Origin: Flaccisagitta enflata | Lineage: Eukaryota | DNA length: 64,000 nucleotides | Reading direction: 5' to 3' | Assembly (NCBI GenBank): GCA_965153355.1 | Contig: OZ231126.1 | Location: forward strand, 40,300,001-40,364,000 | Shown here: in pieces, positions 34,195 to 48,704 of the stretch | Layout of the letters: each line of letters begins with the position of its first letter | Position numbering within the stretch: the stretch's first letter is position 1 | Position numbers and translations under genes: made by a program | Notes under the pieces: generated by a model | The model's database searches: none | Told to the model about the DNA's origin: nothing | The model's input: the letters and a program-made list of their open reading frames with translations, nothing else

Positions 34195-37100
34195 CCTGTA
34201 AGGAAGGCCTTGAGGCCCTTTAAGACCTTTAGGCCCTGCTCAGGAAGGTCCTTTGAGGAAAGGCCCTTTGGGACCTTAAGGCCCTTTAAAGGCCCGCTAA
34301 GACCCTTTAAGGCCCTTTAAGGCCCTTTAAGGCCCTTTAAGGCCCTCTAACGAAGGCCCTTTCAGGAAGGCCCTTTGAGGCCCTTAAGAACCTTTAAGGC
34401 CCTTTAAGACCCTTTAAGGCCCTTTAAGGCCCTTTAAGGCCCTTTAAGGCCCTCTTAGGCCCATAAGAGCCCTTCAAGGCCCCTTGGAGCCCAATAAGGC
34501 CCTTTATGGAAGGCCCTTTAAGGCCTTCAAGGGCCTTTTAGGCCTTTAAAAGGCCCTTTAGACCCTCTAGGCCTTTAAGGCCCTTTGGGCCCTTTAAGAC
34601 TAAAGACCCTTGAGCCATTTAAGGCCCTTTAAGGCCCTTTAAGGCCTTTTTGGGCAGCGGCCCCGAAGGAGACGAGGTCCTATAGAAAACAGGGGGACTT
34701 TCGTTCGTTCGTTGGATTCGTACGTGCGTGCAAGCCCCTCAGGCCTCAACTCTGGCCTCTGAGACCTCAAATCTGGCCTATCAGGCCTCAAATCTGGCCT
34801 CTCAGGCCTCAAATCCTGACCTCTCAGGCCTCAAACTAGACCTTTCAGGCCTTATAATCTGGCCATCAGGCCTCCAAATTTGGCCTCTTAGGCCTCAATT
34901 ATGGCCTCTCAGGCCTCAAATATGGCCTCTCAGGCCTTTATCTGGCCTCTCAGGCCTCAAATCTGGCCTCTCAAGCCTCAAATCTGGCCTCTTAGGCCTC
35001 AAATCCAACCTCTTGCCTCAAATTAGGCCCCTCAAGCCTCAAATCAGCTATCTGATCCTCAAGTCAGTTCTCTATGGCCTTCCAAGCCTTAATCCAGCTC
35101 TTTCAAGCCTCAAGTCAGCCCATTCAAGCCCCCAACTGGCTTTCTGGCCTTACATCAGCCCTCTTAGACCTGAATTCAGCCCAAACGGACGGACGAACGA
35201 ACGGACGAACGAAAGTCCCCCTGTGTTCTACAGGACTTCGTCCCCTTCGGGGCCGCTGCCCTGCCTCCCCTCACTCAAATTTACAATCATGCACAGCAGG
35301 GCAAAGGGTATCGCTGACCACATATTGCCCTTGGGCGACCTGTTGAGCCCTTCAAGGCCCTTTAAAGCCCTTTAAGGCCCTTCAAGGGAGCCCTTCAAGG
35401 CCTTTAAAGCCCTTTGAAAGACGCTAAATTGCCCAAAACCATGGGCCACTTTAAGGCCCTTTTGGGCGAGCGGCCGGCGCTGCAGCCTCCTTTCTTAGGA
35501 GAAATTTCTCCTTCTTCTCCTTCTCCGTACCCCCCCCCCATTCCCCTTCAAGACCAAATCTCAGCCTCGAAACCCAAATCCCAGCCTTGAGGCTCAAATC
35601 CCAGCCTCGAGGGGCCCCAAAGTCAGCCTCGAGGCTAGTCCATGCCCGAGGCCCAAATCCCAGTCTCAAGGCCCAAATCCCAGCCTCGAGGTCCAAATTC
35701 CAGCCTTGGCTCAAATCCCAACTTTATGAGGCTAAATCCCAGCCTCAAGGCTCAAATCCAGTCTCGAGCTAAATCCCAGCCACCATTCCCCACCTTTAAG
35801 CTCAAATCCCAGCTTCAAGGCCCCAATTCCAGCCTCCAGGCTCAAATAAAAACAGCATAGATCATCGGCTCCTTCGGGGCCGCTGCCCCTCTCACCACTC
35901 ACACCTTCATACACTCACATTGAGGCACGGGTACCGCTGGCCATCTAACGCTTTGCGTGATTTGCATTAGATCTTTATAAGGCCTTTAAGGCCCTTTTGG
36001 GCCAGCGACGAAAGAGACAGTGACCTACTTTACCTACACATGAAATTTCTCCTTCTCCTTCTTCTCCTTCTTCTCCTTCTTCTTCTCAAATCCCCCTCAA
36101 GGCCCAAATCTAATCTAGACCCAAATCCTAGCTTCCAGGCTCAAATCTGCCCAGGCTCCAAATCCTAACCTCAGGCTCAAATCCCAGCCTAGGCTCGTCC
36201 CAGTCTCATGCTTTCGTCTGAGGCTCAATCCTAGCCTCAAAGCTCAAATCCCAGCTTCGAAGCTCAAATCAGCCTCTCACACCTTCATTTGTCCAGCCTC
36301 AGCTCAAATCCAGCCTCAGCTCAAATCCCACCCTCAAAGCTCAATTCCCAGCCTCAGAGCTAAAATATCAGCCTTGAAGCTGAAATCCCAGCCTCGAAGC
36401 TCAAATCCCAGCCTCAAGGCCCTAATTCAAGCCTCAAGGCCCCAATTCCAGCCTCCAGGCCCTAATTCCATCCTTGAGGCCAAGATAAAAACAGCATAGG
36501 TCATCGGCCCCTTCGGGGCCGCTGCCCCTCTAACCACCTCACACCCACATTCACTCACATAGGGGCAACGGGTACCGCTGACCATCTAACGCTTTTGCGA
36601 CTATTAGGCCCTTAAAGGCCCTTTGAGGAAGGCCCTTAAGGAGGGCCCTTTAAGGCCCTTTAAGGAAGGCCCTTCAAGGCCCTTTAAAGTCCTTTAAGGC
36701 CCTTTAAGGCCCTTTGAGGCCCTTTTAGGCTCTTTCAGGCCCTTTAAGGCCCTTTAGGGCCCTTTAAGGCCCTTTAAGGCCCTTTAAGGCCCTTTAAGGC
36801 CCTTTAACAAAGGCCCTGTAAGGAAGGCCCTTAAAGGCCCTTTAAGGCCCTTTAAGACCCTTTAAGGCCCTTTAAGGCCCTTTAAAGCCCTTTAAGGCCC
36901 TTTGAGGCCCTTTAAGGCCCTATAAGACCCTTTAAGGCCCTTTAAGGCCCTACAAGGCCCTTTAAGGCCCTTTAAAGCCCTTTGAGGCCCATAAAGGAAG
37001 GCTCTTTAAGGAAGGCTCTTTAAGGCCCTTTAAGGAAGGCCCTCTGAGGCCCTTTAAGACCCTTTAAGGCCCTTTAGGGCCCATTAAGGAAGGCCCTTTA

Positions 37101-38728
37101 AGGAAGGCCCTTTAAGGCCCTTTAAGGCCCTTTAAAGGGCCTTCCTTAGTGTAGCAAAGAGATGTAAAGGGCCGTAAAAAAACCTGAAGACCCCTAAGAG
37201 GGCCAGCAAAGGGCAACGAAGGCTAACTCCTAAAAGGGCCTTAAGAGATTCATAAAGAACCTAGTCTACTAAAGAGTGTGAAGTGGAAACGCAAAGTAGC
37301 GACCTGAAAGGCAGCAAAAAGGAGACTATGAGAACACTTCCTTAAAGAACATAAGGGCCTTTCCTTAAAGGGCCTTCCTTGGCGTAGGCCTTAAAGGGCC
37401 TTAAAGGGCAGCTAAAAGAAAGGGCCTTATAGGGCCTTAAAGGGCCTTAAAGGGCCTGAAAGGGCCTTAAAGGCCCTTTGAGGCCCTTTAAGGTTTTATA
37501 AGACCCTTTAAGCCCCTGTAAGGCCCTATAAGGCCTTTAAGGCCCTTTAAGGCCCTTTAAGGCCTATTAACGAAGGCCCTTTAAGGCCCTTTAAGGCCCT
37601 TTAAGGCCCTTTAAGGCCCATTAAGGAAGGCCCTTTAAGGAAGGCCCTTTAAGGCCCTTTAAGGCCCTTTAAGGCCCTTTAAAGCCCTTTAAGGCCCTTT
37701 AAGGCCCTTTAAGGCCCTCTAAGGAAGGCCTTTAAGGAAGGCCCTTTAAGGCCCTTTAAGGCCCTTTAAAGGCCCTTTAAAGCCCTTTAAGGCCTTTTAA
37801 GGCCCTTTAAGGCCCGTTAAGGAAGGCCCTTTGAGGAAGGCCCTTTTAGGCCCTTTAAGGCCCTTTAAGGCCCTTTGAGGCCCTTTAAAGCCCTTTAAGG
37901 CCCTTTAAGTCCCTTTAAGGCCCTTTAAGGAAGACCTTTTAAGGCCCTTTAAGGCCCTTTAAGGCCCTTTAAGGCCCTTTAAGGCCCTTTAAGGCCCTTT
38001 AAGACCCTTTAAGACCCTTTAAGGCCCTTTAAGGCCCTTTAAGGCCCTTTAAGGCCCTTTTAGGCCCTTTAAAGCCCTTTGAGGCCCTTTAAGGAAGGCC
38101 TCTAAGAAAGGCCCTTTAAGGCCCTTTAAGGCCCTTTAAGGCCCTTTAAGGCCCTTTAAGGCCCTTTAAGGCCCTTTGAGGCCCTTTAAGGAAGGCCCTT
38201 TAAGGCCCTTTAAGGCCCTTTAAGGCCCTATAAGACCCTTTAAGGCCCTTTAAGGCCCTATAAGGCCCTTTAAGGAAGGCCCTTTGAGGCCCTTTAAGGC
38301 CCTTTAAGGCCCTTTAAGGCCCTTTAAGGCCCTTTAAGGCCCTTTAAGGCCCTTTAAGGAAGGCCCTTTAAGGAAGGCCCTTTAAGGCCCTTTAAGGCCC
38401 TTTAAGGCCCTTTAAGGCCCTTTAAGGCCCTTTAAGGCCCTTTAAGGCCCTTTAAGGCCCTTTAAGGCCCTTTAAGGCCCTTTAAGGAAGGCCTTTAAGG
38501 AAGGCCCTTTAAGGCCCTTTAAGGCCCTTTAAGGCCCTTTAAGGCCCTTTAAGGCCCTTTAAGGCCCTTTAAGGCCCTTTAAGGATGGCCCTTTAAGGCC
38601 CTTTGAGACCCTTTAAGGCCCTTTGAGGAGGGCCCTTTAAGGCCCTTTAAGGCCCTTTGAGACCCTTTAAGAGCCTTTGAGACTTTTTTAGGCCCTTTAA
38701 GGCCCTTTACTGCCCTTTAAGGCCCTTT
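34195..38728 (+). repeat. TAAGGCCCTT satellite interrupted by HINE-C (34648-35344) and HINE-B copies (~35460-35960, ~35996-36605)
   Basis: Direct inspection; garbled, locally inverted patch at ~37140-37470. Confidence 0.88.
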
Positions 38729-40265
38729 TTGGCAGCGGCCCTGAAGGGGCCGATGACCTATGCTTTCATACAGGGGAAATTTCTCCTCCTCCTCCTCCTC
38801 CTTCTCCTCCTCTGTACCCCCCCTTCCAAGGCCTAAATCCTAGCCTGGAGGCTCAAATCCCAGCCTGGAGGCTCAAATCCTAGCCTCAAGGCTCAAATCC
38901 TAGCCTCAAGGCTCAAATACCAGCCTCGAGGCTCAAATCCCAGCCTTGAGGCTCAAATCCCAGCCTTGAGGTTCAAATCCCAGCCTCAAGGTTCAAATCC
39001 CAGCCTCGAGGCTCTAATCCCAGCTCTATGCTCAAATTCTAGCCTTGAGGCTCAAATCCAAGCCTTGAGACTCAAATCCCAGCCTCGAGGCTCAAATTCC
39101 AGCCTCAAGGCTCTAATCCAAGCCTCAAGGCTCAAATACCAGCCTCGAGGCTCAAATCCCAGCCTTGAGGCTCAAATCCCAGCCTCGAGGCTCAAATTCC
39201 AGCCTCAAGGCTCTAATCCGAGCCTCAAGGCTCAAATACCAGCCTCGAGGCTCAAATCCCAGCCTGGAGGCTCAAATCCCAGCCTTGAGGTTCAAATCCC
39301 AGCCTCAAGGTTCAAATCCCAGCCTCGAGGCTCTAATCCCAGCTCTATGCTCAAATTCTAGCCTTGAGGCTCAAATCCAAGCCTTGAGACACAAATCCCA
39401 GCCTCGAGGCTCAAATTCCAGCCTCAAGGCTCTAATCCGAGCCTTGAGGCTTAAATCCGAGCCTTCAGGCTCAAATCCCAGCCTCTTGGCTCAAATCCCA
39501 GCCTCCAGGCTCCAATCCAAGCTATCATGCTCAAATCCCAGACTCCAGGCTCAAAAAAAATCAGCATAGGTCATCGGCCCCTTTGGGGCCGCTGCCCCAC
39601 TCACCACCTCACTCGTCCATCAGAGGTGAGCAGAGCAAAATCTATCTAATGATTTATCTGTCTAAATGAGCGAAGCTAATTTTAGGAGAGAAATGATTTC
39701 CAAGAAAGATTTTAATCAGACTACAGCAAATTCGAAATCAACGCAGGGAGAGAGAATATTTGTGACCGATAAAAAGAGAGAGAGAGAGCAAATCATAATA
39801 AAGTGGAAAATAACCAAAATTATATGAGAAATGACCGATAAAATGAGAGAATGGCCAATGGCGCCATTCTTCTCTCGGCCTACAGCTACCTATCATGACT
39901 AAAATTTTTTCAAAAATTTTACTCAGATACAAAAATAACTCAGACCCCTGTATCAGAAAGAGAACTTGCTAAAAAGAAAATTCGTAAAAACTTAAGTAAG
40001 AAAAAGAACAAATTTAAAAGAGAAAAAAAAAATGTGGAAAAATTGCGGTGTGCAATGCGATTGAAAAACCACATACATGAAAATTAGCAAACGAAATAAG
40101 CAATGAATTCCACGCATCCAAAATACCAGGCATTGTGAGACACGCAATACAAGAAAATGACAAATGACAACTCGATAAATTCAAAATGCATATTTACAAG
40201 GCCAAAATTTCGCTCAAATTGAGGTAAAATATGTTTCTCTCACACATGGACCATCTAACGCTTTT
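38727..40265 (+). mobile_element. HINE family B copy with expanded 20-bp repeats, 3' end interrupted by ~630 bp of unrelated AT-rich DNA
   Basis: 5' subTIR at 38731, 3' subTIR at ~39564-39597, terminal GACCATCTAACGCTTTT resumes at ~40249. Confidence 0.65.
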
Positions 40266-40695
40266 AGGCCCTTTAAGGCCCTTTCAGGCCCTTTAAGGCC
40301 CTTTAAGGCCCTTTAAGGCCCTTTAAGACCCTTTAAGGCTGTTTAAGGCCCTTTAAGGCCCTTTAAGGCCCTTTAGAGCCCTTCAAGGCCCTTTAAAGCC
40401 CTTTAAGGCCCTTCAAGGCCCTTTAAGGCCCTTTAAGGCCCTTTAAGGCCCTTTAAGGAAGGCCCTTTAAGGAAGGCCCTTTAAGGAAGGCCCTTTAAGG
40501 CCCTTTAAGGCCCTTTAAAGCCCTTTAAGACCCTTTAAGGCCCTTTAAGGCCCTTTAAGGCCCTTTAAGGCCCTTTTAGACCCTTTAAGGCCCTTTAAGG
40601 CCCTTTAAGGCCCTTTAAGGCCCTTTAAAGCCTTTTAAGACCCTTTAAGGCCCTTTAAGGCCCTTTAAGGCCCTTTAAGGCCCTTTAAGGCCCTT
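40266..40695 (+). repeat. TAAGGCCCTT satellite
   Basis: Direct inspection. Confidence 0.95.
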
Positions 40696-42752
40696 TTGGG
40701 CAGCGGCCCCGAAGGGGCCGATGACCTATGCTTTCACACATAGGGGAAATTTCTCCTCCTCCGTCCGTCCCCCCCTTGAGGCTCAAACCCCAGCCCCAAG
40801 GCTCAAATCCCAGCCTTAAGGCTCAAATCCCAGCCTTGAGGCTCAAATCCCAGCCTTGAGGCTCAAACCCCAGCCTCTAGGCTCATATCCCAGCCTCGAG
40901 GCTCAAATCCCAGCCTTGAGGCTCAAATCCCAGCCTCAAGGCTCAAATCCCAGCCATGAGGCTCAAATCCCAGCCTTGAGGTTCAAATCTCAGCCTCGAG
41001 GCTCAAATTCCAGCCTTGAGGCTCAAATTCCAGCCTTGAGGCTCAAATCCCAGCCTTGAGGCTCAAATCCCAGCCTTGAGGCTCAAATCCCAGCCTTGAG
41101 GATCCAATCCCAGCCTCAAGGCTCAAATTTTGGCCTTTAGGCTCAAAACCTGGCCCCAAGGCTCAAATTCCGGCCTCGAGGCTCAAATCCCGGCCTCGAG
41201 GATCAAATCCCGGCCTCGAGGCTCAAATCCCAGCATCTTGGCTCAAATCACAGCTTGGAGGCTCAAATCACAGCCTTGAGACTTAAATCCATGATTGATG
41301 CTCAATTCAAGCCTAGAGCCTCAAAACCTACTAAGCATAGGTCATCGGCCCCTTCAGGGCCGCTGCCCCTCTCACCACCACACATCAACATATACTCACA
41401 AAGGGGCAACGGGTACCGCTGACCATCTAACGCTTTTGCGACTATTCCTCTTCTCTCTTCTCTTTCCTCTTCTCTTTTTGGGCAGCGGCCCCGAAGGGGA
41501 CGAAGTCCTGTAGAACACAGGGGGACTTTCGTTCGTCCGTTAGTTCGTTCGTTCGTCCCCCCACATCAGGATCCTCCGACCTCAAATCTGGCCTCTAAGA
41601 CCTCAAATCTGGCCTCTCAGACCCCAAATCTGGCCTCTCAGACCCCTAATCTGGCCTCTCAGACCCCAAATCCGGCCTCTCAGGCCTCAAATCAAGCCTC
41701 TCAGACCTCAAAACCGGCCTCTCAGGCCTCAAATCCAACCTCTCAGGTCTCAGACCTGGCCTCTCAGGCCTCAAATTAGGCTTCTTAGGCCTCAAATCCA
41801 AATCCTAAGGTCTCAAACCTGGCCGCTCAGGCCTCAAACTAGGCCTCTCAGGCCTCAAATCAGCTATCTAAGCCTCAATTCATTGCCCTCAGGCTTCAAA
41901 TCAGTCCTCTGACCTTTCAAGCCTTAATCCAGCTCTCTTAAGCCTTGAGTCTGCCCTGCCATCTTCCAGCAGCCTTCTTAGACCTCAGTTTAGGCTCTAT
42001 AGAAGGCCTTCAGTTAGCCCTCTATCGCATCTCATCCACTTCTGCAGGCAGGACGAACGCAAGTCCCCCTGTGTTCTACAGGACTTCGTCCCCTTCGGGG
42101 CCGCTGCCCTGCTTCCCCTCACTCCAATTCACAATCACTCAAAGCAGGGCAACGGGTATCGCTGACCACATATTGCCCTTGGGTGACCTGTTTTTTCTCC
42201 CTTTTGGGCAGCGGCCCCGGAGGGGCCGATGACCTATAATTCCACATAGGGCAATTTTCTCCGGTTTCCGTACGTCCCCCCCTCAAAGCCTCAAAATAGG
42301 CTTCCCAGACTGCAAATGAAGCCCTTTTGACCCCAAAAAAGGCCTCTTAGACCTCAAATCAGACCTTTCAGACCTCAAATCAGCCCTTTCTTGCCCCAGA
42401 TCAGGCCTCTAAGACCCCAAATCAGGCCTTTCAGACCCCAAATTAGACCCCTCAGACCCAAAATCAGGCCTTTCAGACCCCAAATTAAGCCTTTCAGACC
42501 TTAAACCACGCCTCTCAGACCCTGAATCAGACCTTTCAGACCCAAAATCAAGCCCTCCAAACCAGTTTCTCAAACTGGAGAAAATTGTCCAGGCCCTCCA
42601 AACCAGCTTGTCAAGCTGGAGAAAATTGCCCTATGTGGAATTATAGGTCATCGGCCCCTCCGGGGCCGCTGCCCCTCTCATAATCTCAATCCTACATACA
42701 TTAACTTAGGGGCATCGGGTACCGCTGACCATGTAACGCTTTTGCGACTATT
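40694..42752 (+). mobile_element. Three different HINE subfamilies in tandem (40694-41446, 41476-42192, 42203-42752)
   Basis: Each starts TTTTGGGCAGCGGCCCC, has a matching inverted subTIR and ends in a hairpin + TT. Confidence 0.85.
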
Positions 42753-43265
42753 CTCTCTTTTTTCTTCTCTCCCTCCCCCTTGTTTCTTTTTCCCCTCAAA
42801 GCGCGAGGCCCCCCCAAAGCGCGAGGCCTGAGGCTAAGCCTCATTAGCCTACTTGTTGATCGGGCTCAGGTGTGTTTGCGTGTGTGTATACGTGTGTGTG
42901 TGTTTGTGTGTGTGGTTTGTGGTGTGTTTGTGTGTGTGGTATGTGGTGTGTGTTTGTGTGTGTGTGCGTGTGTGTGTGCGTGTGTGTGTGTGTAAAGCGG
43001 GTGACGTTGTAAACCCCTTCCCACCCACTGACTACATTATAGCCTTACTTAACTTGATTTTTTTTCACTTTCTTTCACAAGCTGCCTCACTGCATTTCTA
43101 GCCAGCAAGCTTAGTAAATTTTTTGATTTTTTTTTCTTTTTGATTTTTGGTTAGTTTTGAGCTAATATTGGCCACATGGGCAAGCTTACGGCGTTCTCAA
43201 AACCACTGGTGCACTCACTCCGTTGCCAGCATGCATTACTATCACCATTCACCAAGTACATAGTA

Positions 43266-43691
43266 CACTCTTTTTTTTTTATAAGAACGTCTTTTTTTTT
43301 TCGAAGGCTTCATGTTCTTATTTTCAAGGCTAAATGAAGCCTTTAACGTTCTTAGAGCGTTCTTAATTTTCAATACTATATAAACTATAGCAAACGTTAG
43401 AATATACTATTACTCAATTATACTAAATATATTTATACTAAATATTGTTAAAACAAATGCCAATCATTAAAATCTGAGGATATTTTTATGATATTTATTT
43501 AAAAATTATAAAATATTATCTTAATTATACAAAAATTCAAATGTTTTTTTAATATTCTTTAAGTAATATCTTAAGCGAAGTTTTTTTCTCAAAATTTAAA
43601 GCCTTCGTATGTTCTTAAGATGTTCTTAATTTTGAGGCTATTCTAAGCCTTGATGTTCTTATAAACTAGGTTCTTATAAAAAAAAAGAGTG
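43266..43691. mobile_element. Tc1/mariner-type MITE
   Basis: TIRs CACTC(T)nATAAGAAC / GTTCTTAT(A)nGAGTG, flanked by TA. Confidence 0.85.
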
Positions 43692-44104
43692 TAAAGCTCA
43701 AATATGATTTAACAGAATTTTTTTTCAGGAAAAATGCAAAAAAATGCAAAAAATAAAAATAGATTCAAATAATCATTGCAGAGACCTGGTTGGCGCCATT
43801 TTAAAGAAAAAAGATTAGCTCTTTTTTAGCTGTGAGTATCTGTGAATATCCCAGCCCCAAAATGGCCCAACTTTTCCCCCTATGTTTCAAGAAGTCAAAT
43901 TACGTAATTCGACTTAATTTCAAGGATATTTTTGCCTTGTTTTGGTACAAACTTTGGGTTGATAAAGTTACTGTATGGCATATCGAAATACGGCTTCAAT
44001 TCGTTGCAATGAAAATTGTCTTTTCAACATCAATCTTCTTTTCGTTTCCCCTTTCCCAAAAAGTTTCCACAAAGTTAGGCCGCTGTTGAAGAGCCGACAC
44101 AGGA

Positions 44105-44174
44105 TTTTTAGTCGCGTGAACGCAACTCTAGAAGCCGCTATGTTGGTCGGTCGGTCTGTCTGTCGGTCCGTAAC
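44105..44174 (+). mobile_element. 5' part of a HINE family A copy, cut off at the start of the gene island
   Basis: TTTTTAGTCGCGTGAACGCAACTCTA...GTCGGTCCGTAAC, then unrelated AGTAGT... Confidence 0.7.
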
Positions 44175-44959
44175 AGTAGTATGGGTAAAGTGCATGTGGG
44201 TGACAAGTTACTTGACATCTCACTTTTGACAGGTGGGGGGGAGGAAGAATGGATGGATGGTAGGATGAGAGGTGTCACAAAAGTTAGTCGTCAAAACGGC
44301 GAATAATCTCGTCATTCTATTTGGCCTCCAGGCACGCGAGACCACGCGCCTGCCGACAACGCACGTGAGTGCGTTGTCGGGAGAAAGCGCGTGCACTCGC
44401 GTGTCGTAGCTAAGCGACAATGATTTTTATAACTGCATTCCCCTTTCTATTTCCTTTCTTTCACTAAGGTTCACGAAAAAGTTGGTGGGTGACAACGAAC
44501 GAAAGAAAAGTCGAAGATTGAACACTCGAAACTGACTTTTGTTTCTAGCAGTAAAAAAACGTACGAATGTTGAAAACGAGCTTTTAGTTTAGTCGCATGG
44601 CTTTTGTTTTTAGAAAAAACTCATGGCCCGGGGGCTTCTAACTGCCTTATTTTTCTTTCATTGTGACCATGGAGTAGTCAATTCTTTAACAGCTAGTTTT
44701 TGGAACGCAGGCCTAAAGAGTTGAAGTTGTGCAAACGTAAAAAATTCTGTATTGTTGTCATGCAATAAAAAAGTAGCAGTGTCATAAAATGAATAGCAAC
44801 CAAAAGCAAAAAGTAACAATTGAGGCATCAAGGTTGTTTCAAGCTATCAGAATACCGAAATGAATCATTGGCAAACCAAAAAGTGAATTGTAGTAAGGCA
44901 CGAATGTTGCAAAAAATAAGAACGCGTAATAATGGTTGCCAAGTGAAATGCAGTTGCAT

Positions 44960-47811
<2,852 letters not shown>

Positions 47812-47941
47812 GATGGAGTTTGTTAAACAATTGAAGTGTTAAAAGTCCAAGTGTTAAAAGTCCAACGAAGAAATGGGAGGGGAGAAGTAAATGAAATTTT
47901 ACTAGAGAATCAGGGCTAAATGGAGGAGAACGGGCGAGGAT

Positions 47942-47998
<57 letters not shown>

Positions 47999-48428
47999 TG
48001 TGTGTGTGTGTGAGAGAGAAACAAACGCGAAGTGCGGAAAAGTGGACAGCGTGCAAGAAAGAACCCTTAGAGTCAAAGAAAGCGATAAAAGACTTAAAAG
48101 AGGGTTAGAAGAAGAGGACAGAAAGACCTGTCAAGATAAACTCGCAAAATAAATGATTTCAATGTTAGCCGTTAAAATGTACTACTAAATTGTCAGGCCC
48201 TCATCCGTCAAATTTGTGTGAGGCGAAGAGAGAGAGAAAGCTAGATAGGATTAACAACGTAAATTTGTTGTGATTTAAGTGTAGACTGTCTGCCGCCTTT
48301 CAATTGACATCAAATCGAGATCAACTTTTAAAATTCTTTTCGATTTCGATTTCGGATTCTCTTTCTCTCGCTCTTTTTCTCCCCCTCTTCCTCATAACGG
48401 AGAACGTTGAGAACGATATTGTCGCACC

Positions 48429-48496
<68 letters not shown>

Positions 48497-48653
48497 AAGG
48501 GCTATTTAAGGAGGGATGGAATGGGAGGAAGCCAGTCTCAGTTTCAGTCTCAGTCTCATGGTGATTCCAATCTTCTCAACTCTTCCATCGAGAAGACATT
48601 ATTTCGTAAGCCCAAAAAGAAGCCAATCTCGCTCAAAATCCCCGGATTTTAAG

Positions 48654-48660
48654 TATAAAA
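48654..48660 (+). promoter_or_regulatory. Candidate TATA box
   Basis: TATAAAA about 45-50 nt upstream of the ATG at 48705, which has an A-rich context (CAAAATGG). Confidence 0.4.
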
Positions 48661-48704
48661 AAGCTATTGATTTAAAAAAATTTAAAAACAAAAACAAAAA
48701 CAAA

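Noticed and set aside
29579-34195. One large DNA transposon inserted in the satellite
   Set aside because: The non-satellite block looks TE-derived, but I could not define TIRs, a TSD or coding remnants.
37140-37470. Short inverted, scrambled patch inside the satellite
   Set aside because: Likely a basecalling or fold-back artefact in quasi-palindromic repeats.
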